Shown in pieces: positions 20,081 to 30,546 of a stretch of 64,000 bases of DNA. A program made the position numbers and the translations under genes. The notes under the pieces are model-generated. The model did no database searches and was not told the DNA's origin. It saw only the letters and a program-made list of their open reading frames with translations. Positions within the stretch are counted from its first letter, which is position 1. Every line of letters starts with the position of its first letter. Source of the stretch: Candidatus Gastranaerophilales bacterium (GTDB lineage Bacteria; Cyanobacteriota; Vampirovibrionia; Gastranaerophilales; Gastranaerophilaceae); NCBI GenBank assembly GCA_900752845.1, contig CAADWU010000077.1, positions 1,046 to 65,045 of the forward strand, given 5' to 3'.

Positions 20081-20788
20081 ATGAGAAGATTTAAAGGTTT
20101 TACGCTTACAGAACTGATGGTCGCTTTAGCTGTAATCGGTATCCTTGTTGCGGTTGTTACCCCTGCTATTATGAAGACAAGACCTAATAAAAATAAAATG
20201 ATGGTTAAAAAAACATTCTACACAACAGAGCAGATTGTTGCAAACCTGATAAATGATGCAAGACTTTATCCCGATATGAGAGAAGCCTGCGATGCAAAAT
20301 TTGCAGAGAATAACCCCGGTGTTGATGCTAATTCTATATATTGCGCATGGGGTTTTGATTATACTAATGAAGCTATTTATGATGGTGAAAAATTTAGCGG
20401 CGGCAAAAAGTTCATGGGATTGTTTGCAAGCGGTTTAAATATCTCAAAAACTGATGATTGTTCTAATGATATATGTTCTGTAATCTATACTACCGACGGT
20501 GTAAGATGGGATTTAGCCGGTACTGATGGAGCTTGGACACCTGAAGTTACAAGTGGTCCCAAAAATGCAGGTATCGGATATATTATTATAGACGTAAACG
20601 GCGATGATGCTCCAAATTGCAGAGAAGGCGGAGATGACGGTGAAGGCAATACTTGCGATGGAGATGCAGATGATTTCGACCGTTATGTAATTGATGTTTA
20701 TGCAAACGGAAAATTAAATATTAATGCCGATGATGCAAAAGCCATTGAGTATGCTACAATCAATACATCAATAAGAGATAATTTATAA
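20081..20788 (+). CDS. Type IV pilin-like protein (intact, no homopolymer)
   Basis: MRRFKG/FTLTELMVALAVIG prepilin motif; IDVNGxxxPN. Confidence 0.88.
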   Translation: MRRFKGFTLTELMVALAVIGILVAVVTPAIMKTRPNKNKMMVKKTFYTTEQIVANLINDARLYPDMREACDAKFAENNPGVDANSIYCAWGFDYTNEAIYDGEKFSGGKKFMGLFASGLNISKTDDCSNDICSVIYTTDGVRWDLAGTDGAWTPEVTSGPKNAGIGYIIIDVNGDDAPNCREGGDDGEGNTCDGDADDFDRYVIDVYANGKLNINADDAKAIEYATINTSIRDNL

Positions 20789-20789
20789 T

Positions 20790-21134
20790 AAAGTAATCGA
20801 ATAATCGCGCTTGATTATTCAGGTGAGGAAAGTCCGTGCATTCAAGGACAGGCAGCCGGAGAAACTCCGGACGGTGTGAACCGGTGGAAAAGTGCCACAG
20901 AAAAGTTAACTGCCGATGGACAAAATTGTCACAGGCGATGGTGCAACGGTGAGGTAAGAGCTCACCTGCGTTTACCGAAAGGTAGCGGCAAGGTAAACCC
21001 CTGCAGAATGCAAGATTGAATTGAAGGCTATAAAGGCTGTCCGCCAACTTCAGAAAAATCGCTAGAGATTGGAAGTAATTCCAATACCAGACAGATGATT
21101 ATTTAGAAACAGAACACGGCTTATGAGTTACTTT
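20790..21134 (+). ncRNA. rnpB: RNase P RNA
   Basis: GAGGAAAGTCC, AGTGCCACAGAAA, GGTAAACCC and ACAGAACACGGCTTA motifs; P1 pairing AAAGTAA/TTACTTT. Confidence 0.96.
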
Positions 21135-21145
21135 ATTTTAATAAA

Positions 21146-21179
21146 AAAAAAGACCGATTTATTTAAATCGGTCTTTTTT
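21146..21179. terminator. Bidirectional intrinsic terminator
   Basis: A-run, GACCGATTT...AAATCGGTC, T-run. Confidence 0.85.
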
Positions 21180-21194
21180 ACATTGAGTATTTAA

Positions 21195-22355
21195 TTATTT
21201 TTTCTTTGCTTTAGCTTTATCTTCAGCAGCTTGTTTAGCTTTTTTAGCTTCTTCTGCGCTGTTTTGGAAAGACTTTTGAACATCTTCTTTCATTGTTTTT
21301 GGGTTGTATTCAGGGTTAAGATATTCAATTTTAGCATTTTTCTTTAATGATTCTGTTAAATTGTCAATCATTTCTATTTGTTTTTGGTTTTCTAAATAGC
21401 CTTTGATATCATTTTTAACTTTTTCAAACGGATCCTGACCTGCTGCAGCTCTGTCAGTTACGTAAATAATGTGGTATCCGTATTGAGTTTTAACTACTTT
21501 GTCTGATACAGTGTTAGGTTTCATATCAAAAGCTGCTTTTGAAAATTCAGGAACCATTTCTTTTGCTGCAAAGAAGCCTAAATCTCCGCCTTTGACTGCT
21601 GTAGTTGTATCATCAGAGTTTTCTTTAGCAAGTTTAGCAAATTGAGTAGGATCTTTTTTGATTTCTGCTAAAAGCTGGTTAGCTTTAGCTTCTTTTGCCT
21701 GCAATTCTTCGTTAACTTTAGCTTTTAATGCATCGCCTGCCAAATCTTTATTTTTTGCATCAGATTTTACGATTTCTTCAATTTCCTGAGGGTTAGCAGA
21801 GATTAAAATGTGTGATGCTCTTACTTTATCAGGATGTTTGAATTTGTTAATATTTTCATTGTAGAATTTTTTTGCTTCGGCATCAGAAACTGTAGAAGGT
21901 CCGAGTTCCTTAGCCAATTTTTTCATTTTCACTTCTTCTTTCAAGTCTTTTTTGAATTGAGAAGCTGTAATTCCGTTTTGTTTTAACAAAGCATCAAGCT
22001 GTTCTTTTGAACCTAATTTGTCAATAATTTCTTTTACAGCATTGTCAACATCTTTGTTTGTAACTTCAATACCTCGTTTTGCAATTTCTTCATCAAGCAA
22101 AGTTTTTACAATAAGTTCATTGATTACTCTTTCTTTAATTAAAAGATAGATAAAGCTGTTTTTATCTTTTTTAACATCAATACCCATTGCTGCAAGCATT
22201 CCGCCGCCTGATTGTTTGTCAAACATTTGGTCAAATTGAGCTTGAGTAATTTTTTTGTCATTTACTTTTATAATTGCTTCCTGCGATTTTAAGCCGCAAC
22301 CGGCAAATAATACAGCTGATACTGCCAAAGTTGCCAGTAATTTTTTAGCTCTCAT
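21195..22355 (-). CDS. PrsA/SurA-like parvulin peptidyl-prolyl isomerase lipoprotein
   Basis: LFAGC lipobox; ASHIL, GGDLGFF, MVPEF and YGYHII motifs. Confidence 0.92.
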   Translation of the reverse strand: MRAKKLLATLAVSAVLFAGCGLKSQEAIIKVNDKKITQAQFDQMFDKQSGGGMLAAMGIDVKKDKNSFIYLLIKERVINELIVKTLLDEEIAKRGIEVTNKDVDNAVKEIIDKLGSKEQLDALLKQNGITASQFKKDLKEEVKMKKLAKELGPSTVSDAEAKKFYNENINKFKHPDKVRASHILISANPQEIEEIVKSDAKNKDLAGDALKAKVNEELQAKEAKANQLLAEIKKDPTQFAKLAKENSDDTTTAVKGGDLGFFAAKEMVPEFSKAAFDMKPNTVSDKVVKTQYGYHIIYVTDRAAAGQDPFEKVKNDIKGYLENQKQIEMIDNLTESLKKNAKIEYLNPEYNPKTMKEDVQKSFQNSAEEAKKAKQAAEDKAKAKKK

Positions 22356-22368
22356 AAGTCTCTCCTTT

Positions 22369-25300
22369 TTAATTTCTAAACTCGTTTCTTATTTTATTTA
22401 TATAATAAAACAAATCTGTCAAAATGTTAAATACTTCATTAAAATTCATATAAGCATTATTTAAAAGCAGAATTGAATTGCCTTCCTGACAAGACTTTGG
22501 TGCAATTGTAAATTTTATGCGTTTGAGAATTTCCGCAGGAAGCGTGCGTTGGATAATTTTCCATTCAGGCTGGTTGTAAGGCGTATAAATCCTTATATTT
22601 TCTTCGGTTTCACGAATAAGAGAAATTTTTGCTTCAGTTGCAACAAGTCTGATTTTAATAAGATTTATCAGATTTTCAACGCTTTGAGGAGGTTTGGCAA
22701 AGCGGTCTTTCCACTCCTCTGTAATATAATCCAGCTCGACTTCTGATTTTACATCCGCTAATCGTTTATATTCAATCATTTTCTGCTCTGCTGAACCCAC
22801 CCATTCATCAGGAATGTATGCTGTGACATTAATATCAACGATTGTCGGATTGGTTTTATCAACAACCTGTCCTTGAAGTTCCTGAACTGTTTCTTCAAGA
22901 AGCTGACAGTATGTGTCAAAACCCACATTAACCATGTGTCCGTGCTGTTTTGTGCCAAGAATATTTCCCACACCTCTGATTTCAACATCACGCATTGCAA
23001 TCTGGTAGCCGCTTCCAAGGGTTGTAAATTCTTTAATTGCCTTAAGCCTTTGCATAGCATCACGTGTAATTTCTTTGGATTTTGTATAGAAACAGTAGCA
23101 GTAAGCCTGTCTTTGCGAACGTCCAACACGCCCTCTAAGCTGATAAAGCTGTGCAAGTCCGAATTTATCGGCATTATGAATAATCATTGTGTTTGCATTC
23201 GGGATATCAATGCCGTTTTCGATGATAGTGGTTGCAAGAAGAATATCGTATTCCTGATTGGCAAAATCTACAATAACTTTTTCAAGCGTTTTTTCATCCA
23301 TTTGTCCGTGACCTATTGCAATACGTGCATTAGGAACAAGTTTTTGCAGCTGCATCCTAAATTCATCAATTGTTTCAACACGATTATACAGATAAAACAC
23401 CTGACCTTCTCTGTCAAGTTCGTGAGTTATAGCGTTTTTCACCATATTTTCGTTCCACTCGCCGACAAAAGTTTTAATCGGAAGTCTGTTTTTAGGCGGA
23501 GTGTTGATAATTGACATATCTTTTATTCCCGAAAGCGACATATAGAGTGTTCTTGGGATTGGAGTTGCTGACATTGTTATGATATCAATGTTTTCACGCA
23601 ATTGTTTCAGCTTTTCTTTGTGGCGTACGCCAAATCTGTGTTCTTCATCAATTACAAGAAGTCCCAAATCTTTAAATACAATTCCTTCCTGCAAAAGTCT
23701 GTGAGTGCCGATTACAACATCGCATTCACCAGTGGCAAGACGTTTAATTGTTTCTTTCTGCTCTTTTTGTGAACGGAAACGGGACATTAGTTCAACATTT
23801 ACTCCGAAAGGCTTAAAGCGTTCGGAAATTGTCTGGAAGTGCTGTAATGCCAGAATAGTGGTTGGAACAACAACAGCAGCCTGTTTGCCTGAGGTTACGG
23901 CTTTAAAAATTCCACGCATTGCAACTTCTGTTTTTCCGAAGCCAACATCTCCGCAAATAAGCCTGTCCATAGGCTGTTCACTTTCCATGTCGGTTTTAAC
24001 ATCGTTAATGGCTTTCATCTGATCGGGAGTTTCGGTATATTCAAATGCTTCTTCCATTTCAACCTGCCATGTTGTGTCAGGCAGGAATTGAATACCTGAT
24101 TGCATTTTTCGTTTTGCATAAAGACGAAGTAAATCATAGGCAACCTGTTCAACTTCTTTTTTTACACGTGTTTTAGTGTTTTCCCAATCTTTACCGCCCA
24201 TTCTTGAAAGTTTAGGCTTTATAGAGCCTGAACCTCTGTATCTTACAAGCTGGTTAATTTGTTCTGCCGGAATATGAAGTCTGTCTTTGTTTGCATATTC
24301 AATTGTAAGATAATCTTTTAACTGTCCGTCGATTTCCTGCTGTGACAAGCCTTTATAAACACCGACACCATGAACGCTGTGAACAACATATTCACCTTCT
24401 TTTATGTCGTTGATGTTTTCGATATATTCAGGTTTTTCTTTGTAGTAAGAGCGTTTGGATGATGTGACTTCTTTTGATCTTTTGTTAAATAATTCTCTGT
24501 CGGTGAGAATTATGGTGTTGAAATCTTCTAAAATTGCGCCTGCTGATGAAATGCTCTCATTGTATTCAACATTATAAATATCTCTTTCTGAAAGGATTTC
24601 TTTTACACGTTCGGGATAATCGGTTGCAATAATAATCCTGTAATTCTGTTTGTCGTTGATGTATCCTGCAATGTCATCAAGTTTTGCTCCGAAATTTTGA
24701 ACAGGCTGTGAATTGAACTCGATAATATCATCCGTATCACTGTCAATAAAGTTGTTTAAGCCGACTTTTACAAATCCTGCCGATTTTTGGATAAAGTCTT
24801 CAAACGGTATGTGATTTCTTCCTCTTAAATCTGTATTCAGCCCGAGTTTAAGATTTTCCTGAAGCTGTTCTTCAAAGTTTTTGTCTACAAATTCGTATTT
24901 TGCATAAAGCTCTGATGTTTCATCAAGTACAATAATATAGTCTTTGAAATAGTCCAGAATACTGACCAGCTCCTGATTAAAATAGTTCTGATAAACTTCG
25001 ATGCCTTCAAAATATCCTTCTTCGTCTTCTTTTTTTATTTCAGAGGGAATTCCGTTTTTCAGTGTGAATTTATACATCGGCATAATTTTTGCAGACTTAA
25101 TTTTTTCTATGGATTTCTGGTTTTCGTTGTTAAAATATCTGATGTCAACGATTTCATCGCCCCATAGTTCAATTCTTACTGCGTTTTTATCAAGTGAGAA
25201 AACGTCAATAATGTCGCCTCTGACACTGAACTCACCTATGTCGGATACCATTGTCGAACGCTTGTAACCTAAATCAACAAACTGTTGAATGAGCTTTTTT

Positions 25301-25728
25301 AAATCTATTTCATCGCCTACTTTTACGGTAATCGAGTTTTCTTCGTAAAATTTCTGTGTAGGAAATTTTTCCAATAAAGTTTTGACAGGTGCAATAACGA
25401 CATCAGGTTTTTCCGTTAAAATTCTTACCTGCTCAGAATAATCGTAACGATTAGGCGAAACACTTTCATACATAGAAATATTTTGAAATGGTATTAAATC
25501 AGCGTTTAATCCGAAAGCTTTTTTTAAATCATTCTGATATTTCAGGGCATTTTGTTCTGTTGAGGTTATGACAAGAACTTTTTTTTCTGTAATCTTTTGA
25601 ATTTTTTGGATTAACAAAAGCCTTAAAAGCGTTGTCAATCCCGTAACGGCAAACGAAAACGAACGTGCAAGATAATGCTCGAATAATGCATAATTTTCAT
25701 CGTTTTTTGGTGCTGTTATATTAAACAT
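22369..25728 (-). CDS. mfd: Transcription-repair coupling factor
   Basis: CGDVGFGKTEVA, DEEHRFG, SATPIPRT and QLRGRVGR motifs; CarD-like and TRCF domains. Confidence 0.98.
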   Translation of the reverse strand: MFNITAPKNDENYALFEHYLARSFSFAVTGLTTLLRLLLIQKIQKITEKKVLVITSTEQNALKYQNDLKKAFGLNADLIPFQNISMYESVSPNRYDYSEQVRILTEKPDVVIAPVKTLLEKFPTQKFYEENSITVKVGDEIDLKKLIQQFVDLGYKRSTMVSDIGEFSVRGDIIDVFSLDKNAVRIELWGDEIVDIRYFNNENQKSIEKIKSAKIMPMYKFTLKNGIPSEIKKEDEEGYFEGIEVYQNYFNQELVSILDYFKDYIIVLDETSELYAKYEFVDKNFEEQLQENLKLGLNTDLRGRNHIPFEDFIQKSAGFVKVGLNNFIDSDTDDIIEFNSQPVQNFGAKLDDIAGYINDKQNYRIIIATDYPERVKEILSERDIYNVEYNESISSAGAILEDFNTIILTDRELFNKRSKEVTSSKRSYYKEKPEYIENINDIKEGEYVVHSVHGVGVYKGLSQQEIDGQLKDYLTIEYANKDRLHIPAEQINQLVRYRGSGSIKPKLSRMGGKDWENTKTRVKKEVEQVAYDLLRLYAKRKMQSGIQFLPDTTWQVEMEEAFEYTETPDQMKAINDVKTDMESEQPMDRLICGDVGFGKTEVAMRGIFKAVTSGKQAAVVVPTTILALQHFQTISERFKPFGVNVELMSRFRSQKEQKETIKRLATGECDVVIGTHRLLQEGIVFKDLGLLVIDEEHRFGVRHKEKLKQLRENIDIITMSATPIPRTLYMSLSGIKDMSIINTPPKNRLPIKTFVGEWNENMVKNAITHELDREGQVFYLYNRVETIDEFRMQLQKLVPNARIAIGHGQMDEKTLEKVIVDFANQEYDILLATTIIENGIDIPNANTMIIHNADKFGLAQLYQLRGRVGRSQRQAYCYCFYTKSKEITRDAMQRLKAIKEFTTLGSGYQIAMRDVEIRGVGNILGTKQHGHMVNVGFDTYCQLLEETVQELQGQVVDKTNPTIVDINVTAYIPDEWVGSAEQKMIEYKRLADVKSEVELDYITEEWKDRFAKPPQSVENLINLIKIRLVATEAKISLIRETEENIRIYTPYNQPEWKIIQRTLPAEILKRIKFTIAPKSCQEGNSILLLNNAYMNFNEVFNILTDLFYYINKIRNEFRN

Positions 25729-25765
25729 ATCATTATTTTATCATAAATTATGATATAATAATTTT

Positions 25766-26512
25766 ATGAAAATCGGAATTATCGGATTAGGTTTAATAGG
25801 CGGCTCATTATTCAAATCATTAAAGGATTATGATGTGATTGCCGTATCAAAATCACAAAGCGGCGAAAATATCTATAAAACATACGATGTATTAAAAGAC
25901 AGAGATTTAGTTTTTGTCTGCACTCCGATGAATAAAACTCTTACGGTGCTTGATGAGCTAGAGTGTATTCTCAATGCTGATACTGTCGTAACAGATGTAT
26001 GCAGTTTAAAAGAGTTTGTATCAAAAAAGAAACGTCCTTATAAATTCATCCCGTCGCACCCTATGGCAGGAACAGAGCATAAAGGTTATGAGAACTCTTT
26101 TAAGGGACTGTTTAAGGGAGCTTCCTGGGTTGTCATTGCTAACGATAGTGAATCAAACCGGCTTATAGAAATAATAAATTATCTTGGGGCAAAACCTGTT
26201 TTTACAACAGCAGAAAAACATGATGAAGCAGCTGCAATGATTTCTCATATGCCGATGCTTATTGCGCAGGCACTTATGCTTGCTGCAAAAGATAATCCTC
26301 TTGCTCTTGAAATGGCATCAAGCGGATTTCGTGATATGACGAGGCTGGCACTGTCAAACGAAGAAATGGCTTGCGATATGATTTCAATGAACCACAAAAA
26401 TATAGAACAGGCTGTATTGAAGCTTTATAAGGCTGTTGGTGATTTAACAAACGGCGACTATCCGAAGACAATCGCCGAAGTTAAAGCTATCCGCTCAAAA
26501 ATGTTTATTTAG
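25766..26512 (+). CDS. tyrA: Prephenate/arogenate dehydrogenase
   Basis: GLGLIGGS, HPMAGTE, HD...SHMP and GFRDMTR motifs. Confidence 0.9.
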   Translation: MKIGIIGLGLIGGSLFKSLKDYDVIAVSKSQSGENIYKTYDVLKDRDLVFVCTPMNKTLTVLDELECILNADTVVTDVCSLKEFVSKKKRPYKFIPSHPMAGTEHKGYENSFKGLFKGASWVVIANDSESNRLIEIINYLGAKPVFTTAEKHDEAAAMISHMPMLIAQALMLAAKDNPLALEMASSGFRDMTRLALSNEEMACDMISMNHKNIEQAVLKLYKAVGDLTNGDYPKTIAEVKAIRSKMFI

Positions 26513-27563
26513 CAAATGCTTCTGCAATTGATTTTTTGTAATCAGGTCTTAAGATGCCTTTTTCAGTAATTATACCTGTGATAAGTTCATGAGGGGTTAC
26601 GTCAAATCCCGGGTTAATTATATTAACTTCAGGAGCGCAGATAATTTTTCCGTTGATATGTGTAACTTCTTCTCTTGAACGTTCTTCAATAACGATTTCA
26701 TCGCCGGTTTGGATACTTGTATCAATTGTTGATAACGGAGCTGCAATATAGAACGGTATATTGTGGTATTTAGCTGCAATTGCAACTGTATAAGTTCCTA
26801 TTTTGTTTGCAGTGTCACCGTTTGCGGCAATTCTGTCCGCACCGACTACAACCATATCAATCATTCCTCTTTTCATAAAGTATGAGCACATTCCGTCTGT
26901 AATCAAGGTTGTGGGAATTCCGTCCATAGTAAGTTCAAGTGTGGTAATTCTTGCACCCTGCTGACGGGGTCTTGTTTCATCTGCAAAAACCTGAATGGTC
27001 GGGTCATTTGCATAAGCAGAACGAACTACCCCGAGTGCTGTTCCGTAAGCTACGGTTGCTAATGCGCCTGCATTGCAGTGGGTAAGAATTGTTGCGCCTT
27101 TTGGAACAACTTCTGCTCCGTAATCACCGATTTTTTTGTTAATTTCAATGTCTTCGTTTTCCAGTTTAATCCCGTTTTTCTTTAATTCTTCTACAATGCC
27201 TTGAATATCAGATTTTGAATTTTTTATAATTTCTTTTTGTTTTGCCACTGCCCACATAAGATTTACCGCTGTAGGTCGTGAAGATGCGATATAATCAGCT
27301 TTTTCATTCAATTTTTTAATGAATTCATCACGTGAAAGATTTTCTTCAGCTAGTTCCTGAGCATAAAGAACAACACCATGTGCACCTGCAACACCTATAG
27401 CCGGTGCCCCTCTGACAATCATTGTTTTGATAGCATCATACATTGCCTGACCTGTTGTTATATTCACATATTCAAAGTGTTCGGGTAATATTGTCTGATC
27501 CACCATTTTTGAATAGTTATCTACCCATTCGATTGTTTTTATTTTTGAATGAAATTCTGCCAT
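26505..27563 (-). CDS. mtnA: S-methyl-5-thioribose-1-phosphate isomerase
   Basis: VRGAPAIG, RPTAVNL, THCNAG, ETRP and NKIGTY motifs. Confidence 0.95.
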   Translation of the reverse strand: MAEFHSKIKTIEWVDNYSKMVDQTILPEHFEYVNITTGQAMYDAIKTMIVRGAPAIGVAGAHGVVLYAQELAEENLSRDEFIKKLNEKADYIASSRPTAVNLMWAVAKQKEIIKNSKSDIQGIVEELKKNGIKLENEDIEINKKIGDYGAEVVPKGATILTHCNAGALATVAYGTALGVVRSAYANDPTIQVFADETRPRQQGARITTLELTMDGIPTTLITDGMCSYFMKRGMIDMVVVGADRIAANGDTANKIGTYTVAIAAKYHNIPFYIAAPLSTIDTSIQTGDEIVIEERSREEVTHINGKIICAPEVNIINPGFDVTPHELITGIITEKGILRPDYKKSIAEAFAK

Positions 27564-27577
27564 TTATCTTTCCTTTT

Positions 27578-28024
27578 CTATTTGTAGTTTTTTATAAAGT
27601 CAATTATGTAAAAAGTCAAAAATCCCGTAAAAGCGTTTATTGTTGCGCTAAGCACCCCCATAAATACGGATAGAACTATGAGGATAAAAACATTTGCATC
27701 ATTAAGCATTAGACCTATTCCGTAGTTTGCTGCAATGTGAAAATATTTCATAAGCACAATTGAAATGGGCACATATACAATTGAAAATCCCATGTATGAA
27801 ATAAACCCTGATAAAGAGCCGACAATAATACTGTCTTTTATGGAGTTAAGCGATAAACATTCATATTTAATCAAAATCCATATAACAAGCGGAGCAATAA
27901 AACAAATTAAAAATATCATTGAAAATGTTCCGATGTAAGGAATTAGTGTAAGCGCACCGAGTACAGCTCCGAAAAAAACGCTTAAAATAGAGATTTGTCT
28001 TAAAAGTACATAGTTAATATTCAT
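27578..28024 (-). CDS. Hypothetical membrane protein (about 4 TM)
   Basis: Hydrophobic ORF. Confidence 0.75.
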   Translation of the reverse strand: MNINYVLLRQISILSVFFGAVLGALTLIPYIGTFSMIFLICFIAPLVIWILIKYECLSLNSIKDSIIVGSLSGFISYMGFSIVYVPISIVLMKYFHIAANYGIGLMLNDANVFILIVLSVFMGVLSATINAFTGFLTFYIIDFIKNYK

Positions 28025-28064
28025 GAATTTTATTTTAGCACAATAGAACACTTATTACAATTAA

Positions 28065-29288
28065 TTATCTCTTTTTCATTGTTATAGGAGGATTGTCGGG
28101 GAAGTTGTTTTTACCTTTGACATAAAGTTTTTCAACAGCTGCATAATCTTTTTCTTTCATATAAATATTGCCGAGAAGTGAATAAGCGTTGAATATTTTT
28201 GGGTTACGATCAATTAGTTTTTCAAGCAGATTTTTTGCTTCTTCGTAATTTTCTGTTTTATAATAAATCTTTGCAAGAATAACTGTTGCATCGTCATTAG
28301 GATTAAGTTTGTAAGAAGTTTGTGCGTATTTTAATGCATCGTTGTAATTTTTATTTTGATAATTAAGTTCAGCAATACGCAAAAATTTACTAGACGACAA
28401 ATGACCCGATGCATCTAAATCATTTTTTGTATTTTCGATTTCAATATTAATTCTTGTGTCGTATTCACCTAAAATATCTTTAGAAGTAATATATTTTTCT
28501 TTTTGTTTGTCAGTAAAGTTTTTATTTGAAATGTCAGGCACAATGGAATATAGTAATTTCAGGGTAATTATATCATTGCTGCTTAATTTAGCTGATTTGT
28601 ATGAAGATGTCGGATACATAATATCTTGCGGATTAAGGCTGTGTCCGCTAATGCCAAGTGAATGACCGATTTCATGCAGTGCTGTTGCATAAATTTCTTT
28701 TTCTGAAAAATACTTGCTTTTCAGATTATAAGATGCCAAGGTAATTTGAGAGTTTTTAATTTTATTATTCTCGATATTAAATTTCGAATATCCGGTAATC
28801 ATTTTCTTTTCATTAGCTTCACTGATAAAGTTTGGCGGAAATTCACAAATAATATTCGCATTGCTTTTAGTGTAAATGTAAGTAAAAGTTATAAATTCAT
28901 TAGAAGCTTTTTCCCATTCTTCAAATGCATTTCTGACTTCTGTGTAATAGTAATCAGGCAGGCTCGGGTTGTTTTCTATATAAACTTTAAGCGGAAAAGT
29001 TGACGGGTTCCAGCGGATAAGTCTGCCGTTGTTAAGAGTTCTATCTATATAATTACCTGAAAATTTTTTATTTATATAAGTACGGTTGTTTTTAACTTCT
29101 TCCGTAAAAAGAGAATTATCAATGTTGTCGGGTTTGTGTTGTTTCTGTTTTGGCTTAACTGAAGTTTGTGTAACCTTCACAGGCTGCTGTTGAATATTAT
29201 CAGGATTTATATCACTGTTATTTCTAAACAAAAAATAAAAGTTATATAGAATTAGAATTAAAATAATAAGTTTAATTAAATTCTGCAT
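28065..29288 (-). CDS. Matrixin-family (M10) metalloprotease with C-terminal TPRs
   Basis: HEIGHSLGISGH plus DIMYP Met-turn; TPR helices; N-terminal anchor. Confidence 0.88.
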   Translation of the reverse strand: MQNLIKLIILILILYNFYFLFRNNSDINPDNIQQQPVKVTQTSVKPKQKQHKPDNIDNSLFTEEVKNNRTYINKKFSGNYIDRTLNNGRLIRWNPSTFPLKVYIENNPSLPDYYYTEVRNAFEEWEKASNEFITFTYIYTKSNANIICEFPPNFISEANEKKMITGYSKFNIENNKIKNSQITLASYNLKSKYFSEKEIYATALHEIGHSLGISGHSLNPQDIMYPTSSYKSAKLSSNDIITLKLLYSIVPDISNKNFTDKQKEKYITSKDILGEYDTRINIEIENTKNDLDASGHLSSSKFLRIAELNYQNKNYNDALKYAQTSYKLNPNDDATVILAKIYYKTENYEEAKNLLEKLIDRNPKIFNAYSLLGNIYMKEKDYAAVEKLYVKGKNNFPDNPPITMKKR

Positions 29289-29295
29289 TAAGACC

Positions 29296-29766
29296 TCATA
29301 AAATTGACCTTGTATGACAAATTGCAATTGCAATGGAGTCTACCGTATCATCAAGTTTAGGGAGTTTTTCTACACCTAGTGACAATTTAACCATTTGTTC
29401 GACTTCTTTTTTATCAGCCCTGCCGTAACCTGTTAAAACCTGTTTCACTTCCATAGGCGTGTATTCAAAGATTGGTATGTTAAATTTTTCAAGTACCGTA
29501 AGAATTACCCCTCTGGCATGAGCAACAGGCATGACGGTTGTCTGGTTTCTGAAGAAAAAGAGTTTTTCGATTGCAGCGGCATCGGGGTTGTATTTTTCAA
29601 CAATAGTTTGCATATCTTCCCAGATTTCAAAAAGTCTGGCGGCTTCACGTGTCCCTTTTTGTGTCTGGATTGAGCCTGAATGCAAAAGTACGGAATTTTT
29701 TCCGTCATAATCAATAACAGAGTATCCAACAATAGCCATTCCCGGGTCTATACCTAAAATCTTCAT
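29296..29766 (-). CDS. ruvC: Holliday junction resolvase RuvC
   Basis: ILGIDPG, IEKLFF, GYGRADK and DDTVDSIAIA motifs. Confidence 0.96.
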   Translation of the reverse strand: MKILGIDPGMAIVGYSVIDYDGKNSVLLHSGSIQTQKGTREAARLFEIWEDMQTIVEKYNPDAAAIEKLFFFRNQTTVMPVAHARGVILTVLEKFNIPIFEYTPMEVKQVLTGYGRADKKEVEQMVKLSLGVEKLPKLDDTVDSIAIAICHTRSIL

Positions 29767-29773
29767 AGAAGTA

Positions 29774-29995
29774 TTATAGCACAGTTTGTTTTTGTAATAA
29801 GTATTCTTTAATAATCATAATATCATTTTCCATATCATTTAATAAGACTTGAAAGCATCTGATTGAAAAGCTGACGCTTTGGCTGTCCATACCGTTAATG
29901 CTTGCAGTAGAAAGACATTCAAAAAGCAATCTGATACCGCATAGTTTTTCTTTCAATTTTTCAATAATATTGATAATTTCCTGCTTATCTTTCAT
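29774..29995 (-). CDS. Small hypothetical protein
   Basis: 73-aa ORF with AAGGAG RBS. Confidence 0.65.
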   Translation of the reverse strand: MKDKQEIINIIEKLKEKLCGIRLLFECLSTASINGMDSQSVSFSIRCFQVLLNDMENDIMIIKEYLLQKQTVL

Positions 29996-30090
29996 AATAA
30001 CTCCTTAATAAATTTCAAGTATAAATATAATATTACAGTTAAACTATAATACTTATAATTATTTTTGTCAATATCAAGATATACTGTAAA

Positions 30091-30309
30091 ATGTCTAGTA
30101 TGTTAGATATAAAAGTAGAAATCAAATCTTGTATAGTAAGAACTGGTACTTCTTTGACAAAAGTAATGAAAGCTTTGAATAAGAAAAAGTCAATAACGAC
30201 CGGTTACAGCAATATTGCGAATAAAATAAATACAGGTACGATTACTTTTAATGAAGCTCAATATATCCTTGACCATCTGGGTTATAAAATAACTATCGAC
30301 AGAAAATAA
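30091..30309 (+). CDS. Small Cro/XRE-like DNA-binding protein
   Basis: 72 aa; SLTKV...NIANKINTGTITFNE...LGY pattern. Confidence 0.7.
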   Translation: MSSMLDIKVEIKSCIVRTGTSLTKVMKALNKKKSITTGYSNIANKINTGTITFNEAQYILDHLGYKITIDRK

Positions 30310-30429
30310 TCTTTTTAATAATATTGCCTTTTTATTTTGTTTTGATATAATTTATCTTGTGGGTAAGCCATTACTCTGCTTTCGACGTACGGACTAAAAA
30401 TCAGATTAACGATGAAAGGGGGTGATAAA

Positions 30430-30504
30430 GTGGAATTCAGGATTACTGAAAAAGCGCTATTGCTTATCTTAATGATAATAATAGCGCTTATTTTTATCCA
30501 CTAA
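30430..30504 (+). CDS. Putative type I toxin, 24-aa hydrophobic peptide MEFRITEKALLLILMIIIALIFIH (not in ORF track)
   Basis: Extended RBS GAAAGGGGGTGAT, GTG start, single TM helix, promoter TTGCCT-N16-TATAAT (30324-30351). Confidence 0.7.
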   Translation: MEFRITEKALLLILMIIIALIFIH

Positions 30505-30546
30505 AGGGCTTTTAATGTGCGGACGGCAATCCGCACGCCCATTTAA

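Noticed and set aside
20760..21047. 95-aa minus-strand ORF
   Set aside because: Antisense to RNase P RNA
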